From a virus (taxonomy: Duplodnaviria; Caudoviricetes): DNA of 37,761 nucleotides. Numbering within the stretch: position 1 is the first letter of the stretch; the number at the start of each line of letters is the position of its first letter. Shown here in pieces: positions 8,564 to 17,154 of this stretch. The notes beneath the pieces are model-generated. The model saw only the letters and a list, made by a program, of their open reading frames with translations, made no database searches and was not told the DNA's origin. Location of the stretch: positions 1 to 37,761 of IMG/VR virus record IMGVR_UViG_3300034095_000299, one strand, 5' to 3'. The translations under genes and the position numbers were made by a program.

Positions 8564-11500
8564 TGGACAAAGATATTACCGATCCAAGTTTTAAGTACGC
8601 ACCATCACAAAATCCTATTGATGCATTGAACAGTTCCGGATCTGCCGCGTTGCCAAACACAATGGCGCAGCAGGTTGACTTTGTTCCGTCGGGCGATGAC
8701 TTTGCTGACAAGATTGATAGGCAGACGCGCCAGCGCGTTGCCGACCAAACCAACGCCATGAACTTGGCGATTTTCAAGGCAGCAGCCGGCAACCCGGACG
8801 AAGCGGCCGCAGCGCAGCGTCTTGGGTACGAGACAGGCGTTGGTGCAGACATTGCATCACGCAACATGAAGACGCTTCAGGAACGCGCTGCCGTTGACCG
8901 CATTGGTCAATTGGACTTGATGAGGGCTGACCCCATTCTTGCAAAGATGCTGTCCGATCAGAACTTTGCAGCCATTGCGCTTGATGACGTTGAAAACTTG
9001 CAATCCACTGGGTCGATGCTTGACTCGGTAATGGGAGTCAAGAACGAGTTCTTGGCTGGTCGTGAGTACGGATACGCGACAACAAAACTTGGAAGACTTG
9101 GCGGGAAGATGCTTCAAGACTTTTATCTTGGCAAGCCGCTTCTTGAAACCGACCGAGCAGAAGCAAGACGGCAAATTGCCGAAATGCAGAAGTTGCGCGG
9201 CAGTGGTGGGTTTGCTGAGAGTTTTGGTGCGCTTGAAGGGCAGATGGAATCCGGCTTGCCACAACAAATTGAGATGGCGGGTGTTGGAGCGGTTGCCGGC
9301 GGTGCAATTCTTGGTCTGCCTTCGGGCGGCATTGGTCTAGTACCAGGCATGATTGCCGGTGCTGAGTTGGGGTTCTTGTCAGCCTCTGCTGTGCAATCGT
9401 TTGAAATTGAGTCAGGATCGTCGTTCATTGATTTGCTTGAACAAGACATTCCCGAAGACACGGCGCGTACGGCAGCAACCATTGTTGGCACAATCAACGC
9501 CGCGCTTGAAATGATTCCCCTGAAGTTCTTCACTAGCAGGGCAAAGTCGCTGATCAAGTCAACGGTGCAAGAACAGGTAGTCAGTTCGCTTGTGCAGGTT
9601 CCGGGCATTAAGAACGCTGTTGGCAAGTTCATCAAAGAGTGGACTATGGGCATTGGCGTTGAAAGCGTGACCGAAGTTGTGCAAGAAGTCACCAACATCA
9701 CCGCCGAAGAGTTTGCAAAGTACGAAACAGACCCTGAATTTCAAGCAAAGATGACAACACCGGAAGGTCGAATGGAGGTTGCCAATCGCCTTCTTGAAAC
9801 CTTTGAAACAGTAGCAAAGGGCATGGCAGTGATGGGGTTCATCATGCCAGGTGCGAACTTTGCGCTTGACGCGAAACGTGCGCGTAAGGCCAACAAGACC
9901 AAGCAATTCTTCAAGGACATCGGCAAGGACGCTGCAACCTCAAAAGTGCGCGAGCGCAACCCGAACTCCTACCAAGCCTGGTTTGCAGAGCGAGCAAAGG
10001 GAACCGGCGCAGAAACGATCTTCGTTGACGTTGACAAGGTGCGCGGTGCAATGGTCAGGAACGGGATCAACCAAGAGCAGTTGCAGTTCCTGCTGCCTGA
10101 CCTGTACAAGCAGTTGCAAGCAATTGGTGCTAACAGCGGCGTTGATGTCACCATCCCTACGAGCGTGTACGCGGCTCGGTTGGTAGACACGGCATTTGGT
10201 CAGGACTTGCAGAGTGACATGCGTTTGAACCCGGATGACATGTCAATCAATGACAACAACGAGTATGTGAAGTCGAGAGACACTCGCGTCGCTGAGTTGG
10301 TTAAGTTGTCAGAGGAAATGACCGCAAGCGACGAGATCCTTGCCGAAAGCGCAAAGGTAGTAGAGAACCGCGTTGTGTCTGAGATCATGGCGGTAGGCAA
10401 GTACACGGAACTTGAGGCAAAGGCAATGGCCGCTGCTCACGTTGCGTTTGCTGTGGTTAACGCTCAGTCGTTGAACATGACACCTGATCAGTTTGACATT
10501 CAGTACGGCATGGCAACGCGTGGGGAAGGACAGGCAGCACCAGCAGCCGCCTCGCTTGAGCAAGCCTCACGCGTTGATTTAGGACTTGGCGAACAGACTG
10601 AGTTTGACGAGGCAAGTCAACGTCCCGAAGTAGTTACATGGGCAAAAGAGAAGTTTGGCAACCGCACTGCACCGGATGGATCAATTGTGTGGCAGAACTT
10701 TACAGAATGGTTTGGCGATAGCAAGACTGTTGATGCTGAAGGTAAGCCAGTAATGGTTTACCACGGCACAGATAAGAAGTTCACAAAAGTGAACATGAAA
10801 AAAGGTGCGCAAGGGGTGTTTTGGGTTGCGTCTGACAAAGCGGCAATTGAGAGTGGAGAAGTTGGTGCTGCTGGTAGTGGTGTCATTATGGAATTGTTTG
10901 CATCCATAAAGAATCCTGCTGGGTGGAATGAATACGACAAAAAATCATTTGCGGAATTGATTCGAGATGGATATGACGGCGTGATTTTGCGAGACAAAGA
11001 TGGCTCGTTTAATGCGATTGCTTTTACTCCGACTCAAATAAAATCAGCGGGTGAAAACGTAGGTACGTTTAGTAAGACTGCTCCAAGCATTCTTGAACAA
11101 GCCGCTACTGTATCTGCAACCACCTACTCCGCGCTAGACAGGGCCGTAGGCGATGTCACCGCCAAGTCGCTTGTTGCCAGCGGTTGGAAAGAACAGATCA
11201 AGGGCTGGGTCAACAAGGGCATCGTCAAGCAAAGCGAGGTTGAGTGGAGCGGCCTTGTTGAATACCTTGACATGCAGGAAGGGAAGATCACCAAGGAAAC
11301 GGTGAGCGAATTCCTGAAGAACAACGGGGTAAAGGTTGAGACTGTCACGCTTGGTGATCGTGGCGACATGGTGAAAGCCGCTGCAATTAAAGGATCCTAC
11401 GACGCCGAAGCGGCACTTGGTGGGTCATTACAAACTGAATTTGACACTTACCGTAAATTGGTAGAAGCAAACGCGTCGCGTGGTCAAATCGCTGAAGCGG

Positions 11501-14500
11501 CTGTTCCAATCAACAAAGAATTAGAATTTGAGTTTGGAACTGACCTTGATGAGTACATTCGTGATGCCGCCAAAAGTGGTGGTGTTGAAACTAAGTATTC
11601 GCGGTATGTGCTTCCAGGCGGCGAGAACTATCGCGAAATTCTAGTTACGTTGCCTGTTGGGTTTGCGCCACCGGCTCCTGCAATGTCAAAGGAAGGCCTT
11701 GCTGCTCGTCAAGTTGTGTTTGACAAATACGCTCCACGACTTGCAGAAATTGAAACTGAACTCAAGGAATACCGAGGGCCTCAATGGGCTGATGAAGAAA
11801 TATCGGTAGTTAGCAAAGCAATCAATTTGCTCAAAAATGAAAGAGATAAATTAGAAGATAAACGCGACGCTGAAGCAAACGCGTTGTATCGCATTCCAAG
11901 TGCGCCCGAAGTAAAGCCGTTCATGTCTTCGCACTGGGACGAAAGCAATGTTCTTGTCCACCTTCGCATGAACGACCGCACCGATGCCGATGGCAAGCGC
12001 GTGTTGTTTGTTGAAGAAGTGCAAAGTGATTGGGGTCAACAAGGGAAAAAGGTTGGATTTGAAGATGCTCGTGGTCGTTCTGCCGCACTGGCATCACTGC
12101 CAATTGAGCAAAAAAAGTTAGATGAATTGACTCAGGAATACAGTGCAATTAGCCTTATTGATCAAGACCGTGCGGTTCTGTTATATGAACAGGCAGAGGC
12201 GCAACGAACTGTTGTTGAAAATTTGCAATACGCTGCGTATGGGTCTATCAATATTGCTAAAGCCCCATTTGTTGAAACTACAGACGGCTGGCTCAACCTT
12301 GGACTAAAGCATGTCATGCTTGAGGCAATCAACGGCGGCTATGACCGCGTTGCGTTTGTTGACGGAGATCAAAGCGTAACAAGATACAAAGATGCTTTAA
12401 CTGAAGCCGTTGATGAAGTTGAAATTGATCGAAACGATGACGGCACTTACAACTACAAAGCCATTAAGGATGGCAAAGAGTTAAAGGCAGAGAAATCTGT
12501 AACTGCTGAAAGAATCGAAGAGTTGTTTGGAAAATCAGGCGGTGCTGACCTTATACAACAGGCTGACGCTTTCCCTGATCAAATCAACACCATCAAATCT
12601 GAAGATATTAAAATTGGTGGCGAGGGAATGCGGAAGTTCTATGACGATGTGTTGCCATCGGCAATGAACAAATTGCTCAAGAAGTATGGCGGGGAGAAGT
12701 TAGGAATTGCCAAGATAAACATGTCAGGCGATGCATCAAGCAACGCGGAACAACCGTGGAATACTGATGTTGTCCGTAAGGCAATTGCTCGCGGTGCAGA
12801 AATTTACGCCGTTGATAAGAACGGACAAGAATCTTTAATTCGCAATGAAACCGATTTGCAAAAGTTGCTTGATAGTTTAGATGGTGACTTGACTCGCGGG
12901 TTTATCTATGGCGATGTCGGCGGGTTTGATACTCAGCCGTCATTTGATGTCACTGCTGCTTTCATTGAAAAGGTTGGTCAAGGCCTACCGTTGTTCCAAG
13001 CCGCCCCGTCCCCAGGTCGCCGTGGGTCATTCGATCCAACTCGTCTGCTGACCACGCTCAACACGAAGGCTGACCTGTCAACCTTCCTGCATGAATCGTC
13101 GCACTTCTTCTTCAGCGTTTACACAGACATTGCAAGTCGCCCAGGTGCGCCAGCGCGTATCGCCGCCGATGTGCAGATTCTCCTTGACTCGTTTGGTGTC
13201 AAAGACATTGCTGCTTGGAACGCCATGACGTTTGAGGAGCAACGTAAGTACCAAGAGCAGTTTGCTTACAACTTTGAGATTTACCTCTTTGAAGGCAAGG
13301 CTCCGAGCATTGAGATGCAGGGTCTGTTTGAGCGTTTCTCCAAGTGGTTGCGCCGTGTGTACACCTCTATTTCCACCGAACTGAACGACATCTACCGTCG
13401 CGAGTTTGGCGAAGACCTGCCGATCCTGACCGACGAAATCCGTGGGGTCATGGGTCGAATGCTTGCAAGCGAAGCGCAGATCAAGCGAGCGGAGGCTGTC
13501 AATGAAATGAAGCCGCAGTTCCAAACTCAAGCAGAGTCAGGGATGGATGACGCACGTTGGGCTGCGTACCAGGCGATGATTGAAGAGGCGCACGACCAAG
13601 CGGTCACCGATCTGACCAAGGCAAGTCTGCGTCAGATGGAGTGGCTGTCAAACGCCCGTTCGCGATTGCTCAAAAACATGCAGTCAAAGCATGACACGAT
13701 CCGCAAGCAGATGCGTGAGGAAATCGAAGCCGAGGTGATGGCCGAGCCGCTGTACATGGCGATGTCAATCCTAAAGACCGGACAGGGTCGCGCCAAGAAC
13801 GGCGAACTGGTGCAGTTCAACGACAAGTTCAAGTTGAACCTTGAGGCTGTCAAGAAGATGCTGCCGTCCGAGGAGATTGCCAAACTTGGGTACGGCAAGT
13901 ACGGGATGGTGTCTGAGGATGGCATCCCACCTGACATGGTCGCCGAGATCGTTGGCTTTGTGAGTGGCGACGAATTGGTGCTTGCCCTGCTGACCGCCAA
14001 GCCGGCAAAGGAAGAGATTGCCGCTCGACTCGACAAGCGCATGATGGACGAGTACGGCAAGATGAACACCCCCGAAGCAAGGGAGGCTGCTGTACAGGCT
14101 GCGATCCACAACGAAGCCCGTGAGCGGTTTGTTGCCGTTGAGGCGCGTTTCATTGCCAAGGCAACCCAGCCTGTCCGTGTGATGATTGACGCTGCCAAGG
14201 CAGCAGCGCGGCAGATCGTTGGCGCAAAGAAGATCGACGATATCTCCCCAGGCGAGTACGCCGCTGCCGAGGCGCGAGCCTCCCGTGACGCTGCCGAGGC
14301 GTACAAAGACAGACAGACCCCTGACGCTGCCTCCAAATCGACCTACACGCGGGTCTACAACGAGCAGATCGCCAAGGGGGTCGATGAGGCTACCGCTGTT
14401 GCCGAAGCCACTAGCAAGGCTGCTGATGCCTCTACGAAGGCACAGGGCAAGGCTGACGCGTACAAGGCAAAGTACGGCGACCGGACTCCGGAGCAGGTCA

Positions 14501-17094
14501 TCATTCGTGCGAAGCAAGCGCAGGTCTTGCAGAACCAATTGGTCAAGGAAGCGACCTCGTCCCTTGAGGAAGTTGACACCGCTGTCAAGGACTTCCGGAA
14601 GTTCTTCGGTTCTGACGAGAAGATTGCCAAATCGCGCAACATGGACTTGGTTGACGCTGCACGGGCAATCCTGTCGTACTACGGGTTTGGGAAGGTTGGC
14701 AAGAACCCTGCCGACTACATTAGGAAACTTGAGGCATACAACCCTGAGTTGTACGCAGAGATTGAACCGCTGATCAGTCAGGCAAGTACGGGTGTTCAGG
14801 ACTACACACAGATGTCAATGGACGATTTCCGCATGTTGCGCGATGTCGTTGACGCTTTGTGGGCGCAGTCACGACGCGACAAGCAGATCACCGTTGCCGG
14901 CAAGAAGATTGCGCTTGATGGTGTGTTGTCAGAACTTGACGCACGACTCAATGAGATTGGCGTACCAACAACCGTACCAGGCGAGAAGAGCGCACTGACA
15001 ACCAAGCAGAAGTTTGCTGCCCATCTGTACAGCGCAAAGGCATTGCTGCGCCGAGTCGAGAACTGGGCAGACGCAACGGACGGTGCTGGTGGCGTTGGTG
15101 CGTTTACCAAATACATCTATCGGCCTGTAAAGGACGCTGTCAACGCGTACCGAGTAGACCGCAACAACTACGTCAAGCGGTTCGTTGACCTTGTTAGCAC
15201 ACTTGACCTGCCCGTTGGCAAGATCACATCACCGGAAATCGATTACACGTTCGGCGTTGGTAACGGCGGCATTGGTAAGGCTGAACTGCTCGGCGCAATG
15301 TTGCACACTGGTAACGAGAGTAACTACAAGAAGTTGCTAGTTGGTCGTGGGTGGGGGTCACTTAACAGTGACGGAACGCTTGAAACAGCACGTTGGGACT
15401 CGTTTGTTCAGCGGATGATTGCCGAGGGCGTGTTGACAAAGAATGACTTTGACTTCCTGCAATCGGTGTGGGATCTCAACGAGGAAATAAAGCCAATCGC
15501 GCAGAAGGCGCACCGCGACCTGTACGGCTACTACTTCAAGGAAGTTGAAGCAACGCAGTTCACAAACACGTTCGGCACATACCGAGGTGGGTACGTTCCT
15601 GCAAAGACGGACGCGGCAATTGTTCGTGACGCGCAGCGTCAGGCAAAGGCCGAGGAACTCGACGCAGATTTCCGGTCATCTATGCCAAGTACAGGCATGG
15701 GATTCACCAAGAGTCGCGTTGAGTACAACAAGCCACTGAGCCTCGACGTACGGTTGATGGCGAAGCACATTGATGATGTGTTGCGGTTTGCCAACATCCA
15801 GCCGGCTATCAAGGACGCGCTACGCATTGTCAACAACCGTGGGTTCGCTGACAAGTTAAGCCGCATTGACCCGACCGTTGTCGAGTTCATGTTGCTGCCT
15901 TGGCTGAACCGAACCGCCCGTCAGTCAACAAACGAGCCTGGTAGAAATAAGGCCGTTGACAAATTTTGGCGCGTTTTGCGCTCGCGCACAGGCATGGCAA
16001 TTATGTTTGCTAACCTGCGAAACGCATTGCAGCAGGTGACCGGGTTGTTCCCATCTGCGCTCAAGGTGTCGAAAGGCGCGTTGAAGGACTCGCTGCTTAC
16101 TTACCTTGCAAGTCCACGAAAGACCGCCGAGGCAATTGCCGGATTGTCTCCGTTTATGAACGAGCGCATGCACTCGCAAATCTTTGAGATTCAAGATCAA
16201 ATGAACGACCTGCTGTTGAACCCCAACAAGTTCGACAAGATTCAGAAGTGGTCGCAGCATCACGGTTACTTCCTACAGTCAGCGTTTCAAAACTTTGTTG
16301 ACATCGTGACTTGGAACGGCAAGTACAACCAAGTGCTGTCAGAAATTCGTACTACTCTTTCTGACAGCGAGGCACAGGCTGAGGCTATCCAACAGGCTGA
16401 CGCTGCCGTCCGTTCGACGCAGGGAAGCATGTCGGCAGAGGACGTTGCAGCCTTTGAGGTTGGCTCGCCGTTCTACAAGACCTTTGTGCAATTCACGGGT
16501 TACTTCAACATGCTTGCCAACCTGAATACTGACGAGTATGTCAAGGTGTTGCGCGACCTTGGCTGGCGCGGCAACAAGGGCAAGTTGGTGTCAATCTACA
16601 TGCTTGGGTTCCTTGCCCCGACTTTGGTGGCAGACGCTATTGCTCGTTCCCTTGGTGCTGGGTGGGACAATGATGACGATGGATACCTTGACGATGTTGC
16701 TGACTGGTTCTTCGGTAGCCAAGTACGGGCGGGAGCGGCAATGGTTCCGTTCGGGTCAGCCGCCTACACCGCGTTGTCGGCAGGGTTTACCGATAAGACG
16801 TACGACGACCGAATCACAAGCAGCCCATCGGTTGGTTCGCTTGAGGCATCGACTGTTGGTGTTGGCAAAGCCATTGTCAACCTTGCATCTGATGACAAAG
16901 AACTTGAAGGCAGAAACGTGCGCGATGTGTTGACACTCATTACGAATGCAACCGGAGTTCCCGTGTCTGTCCTCGGTCGTCCAATCGGTTACCAAATGGA
17001 AGTCGAGCGCGGGAAGATTGAGCCGACCGGAGCAATTGACTACATGCGCGGACTGATCACCGGAGTGCCAAGCGCAGAGAGTAAGAAGAAGTGA
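8560..17094 (+). CDS. Giant internal virion protein / large polyvalent protein (ART-like, EEVQSD and HExxH domains)
   Basis: 2844 aa; ATGA overlap with the previous gene; VYHGT...GYDGVI...TQIKS, VLFVEEVQSDW and TFLHESSH motifs; helical C-terminal half. Confidence 0.75.
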   Translation: MMDKDITDPSFKYAPSQNPIDALNSSGSAALPNTMAQQVDFVPSGDDFADKIDRQTRQRVADQTNAMNLAIFKAAAGNPDEAAAAQRLGYETGVGADIASRNMKTLQERAAVDRIGQLDLMRADPILAKMLSDQNFAAIALDDVENLQSTGSMLDSVMGVKNEFLAGREYGYATTKLGRLGGKMLQDFYLGKPLLETDRAEARRQIAEMQKLRGSGGFAESFGALEGQMESGLPQQIEMAGVGAVAGGAILGLPSGGIGLVPGMIAGAELGFLSASAVQSFEIESGSSFIDLLEQDIPEDTARTAATIVGTINAALEMIPLKFFTSRAKSLIKSTVQEQVVSSLVQVPGIKNAVGKFIKEWTMGIGVESVTEVVQEVTNITAEEFAKYETDPEFQAKMTTPEGRMEVANRLLETFETVAKGMAVMGFIMPGANFALDAKRARKANKTKQFFKDIGKDAATSKVRERNPNSYQAWFAERAKGTGAETIFVDVDKVRGAMVRNGINQEQLQFLLPDLYKQLQAIGANSGVDVTIPTSVYAARLVDTAFGQDLQSDMRLNPDDMSINDNNEYVKSRDTRVAELVKLSEEMTASDEILAESAKVVENRVVSEIMAVGKYTELEAKAMAAAHVAFAVVNAQSLNMTPDQFDIQYGMATRGEGQAAPAAASLEQASRVDLGLGEQTEFDEASQRPEVVTWAKEKFGNRTAPDGSIVWQNFTEWFGDSKTVDAEGKPVMVYHGTDKKFTKVNMKKGAQGVFWVASDKAAIESGEVGAAGSGVIMELFASIKNPAGWNEYDKKSFAELIRDGYDGVILRDKDGSFNAIAFTPTQIKSAGENVGTFSKTAPSILEQAATVSATTYSALDRAVGDVTAKSLVASGWKEQIKGWVNKGIVKQSEVEWSGLVEYLDMQEGKITKETVSEFLKNNGVKVETVTLGDRGDMVKAAAIKGSYDAEAALGGSLQTEFDTYRKLVEANASRGQIAEAAVPINKELEFEFGTDLDEYIRDAAKSGGVETKYSRYVLPGGENYREILVTLPVGFAPPAPAMSKEGLAARQVVFDKYAPRLAEIETELKEYRGPQWADEEISVVSKAINLLKNERDKLEDKRDAEANALYRIPSAPEVKPFMSSHWDESNVLVHLRMNDRTDADGKRVLFVEEVQSDWGQQGKKVGFEDARGRSAALASLPIEQKKLDELTQEYSAISLIDQDRAVLLYEQAEAQRTVVENLQYAAYGSINIAKAPFVETTDGWLNLGLKHVMLEAINGGYDRVAFVDGDQSVTRYKDALTEAVDEVEIDRNDDGTYNYKAIKDGKELKAEKSVTAERIEELFGKSGGADLIQQADAFPDQINTIKSEDIKIGGEGMRKFYDDVLPSAMNKLLKKYGGEKLGIAKINMSGDASSNAEQPWNTDVVRKAIARGAEIYAVDKNGQESLIRNETDLQKLLDSLDGDLTRGFIYGDVGGFDTQPSFDVTAAFIEKVGQGLPLFQAAPSPGRRGSFDPTRLLTTLNTKADLSTFLHESSHFFFSVYTDIASRPGAPARIAADVQILLDSFGVKDIAAWNAMTFEEQRKYQEQFAYNFEIYLFEGKAPSIEMQGLFERFSKWLRRVYTSISTELNDIYRREFGEDLPILTDEIRGVMGRMLASEAQIKRAEAVNEMKPQFQTQAESGMDDARWAAYQAMIEEAHDQAVTDLTKASLRQMEWLSNARSRLLKNMQSKHDTIRKQMREEIEAEVMAEPLYMAMSILKTGQGRAKNGELVQFNDKFKLNLEAVKKMLPSEEIAKLGYGKYGMVSEDGIPPDMVAEIVGFVSGDELVLALLTAKPAKEEIAARLDKRMMDEYGKMNTPEAREAAVQAAIHNEARERFVAVEARFIAKATQPVRVMIDAAKAAARQIVGAKKIDDISPGEYAAAEARASRDAAEAYKDRQTPDAASKSTYTRVYNEQIAKGVDEATAVAEATSKAADASTKAQGKADAYKAKYGDRTPEQVIIRAKQAQVLQNQLVKEATSSLEEVDTAVKDFRKFFGSDEKIAKSRNMDLVDAARAILSYYGFGKVGKNPADYIRKLEAYNPELYAEIEPLISQASTGVQDYTQMSMDDFRMLRDVVDALWAQSRRDKQITVAGKKIALDGVLSELDARLNEIGVPTTVPGEKSALTTKQKFAAHLYSAKALLRRVENWADATDGAGGVGAFTKYIYRPVKDAVNAYRVDRNNYVKRFVDLVSTLDLPVGKITSPEIDYTFGVGNGGIGKAELLGAMLHTGNESNYKKLLVGRGWGSLNSDGTLETARWDSFVQRMIAEGVLTKNDFDFLQSVWDLNEEIKPIAQKAHRDLYGYYFKEVEATQFTNTFGTYRGGYVPAKTDAAIVRDAQRQAKAEELDADFRSSMPSTGMGFTKSRVEYNKPLSLDVRLMAKHIDDVLRFANIQPAIKDALRIVNNRGFADKLSRIDPTVVEFMLLPWLNRTARQSTNEPGRNKAVDKFWRVLRSRTGMAIMFANLRNALQQVTGLFPSALKVSKGALKDSLLTYLASPRKTAEAIAGLSPFMNERMHSQIFEIQDQMNDLLLNPNKFDKIQKWSQHHGYFLQSAFQNFVDIVTWNGKYNQVLSEIRTTLSDSEAQAEAIQQADAAVRSTQGSMSAEDVAAFEVGSPFYKTFVQFTGYFNMLANLNTDEYVKVLRDLGWRGNKGKLVSIYMLGFLAPTLVADAIARSLGAGWDNDDDGYLDDVADWFFGSQVRAGAAMVPFGSAAYTALSAGFTDKTYDDRITSSPSVGSLEASTVGVGKAIVNLASDDKELEGRNVRDVLTLITNATGVPVSVLGRPIGYQMEVERGKIEPTGAIDYMRGLITGVPSAESKKK

Positions 17095-17128
17095 TAGTAC
17101 CCGTATGGAACATGCAAATGAATATTCT
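17095..17128 (+). promoter_or_regulatory. Candidate late promoter, copy 1 (TAGTACCCGTATG; CCCGTA-N17-TATTCT)
   Basis: 13-nt exact match to 36810-36822; both copies directly follow a gene end and have a TAnnnT hexamer 17 nt after CCCGTA. Confidence 0.45.
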
Positions 17129-17154
17129 TTCAGCAACCTTTAGGAGCCAAGTCC

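Noticed and set aside
168-17136. Many antisense and alternate-frame ORFs inside the structural genes (e.g. 484-1116, 13632-14336, 13771-14538)
   Set aside because: Shadow frames of long, motif-bearing plus-strand genes.
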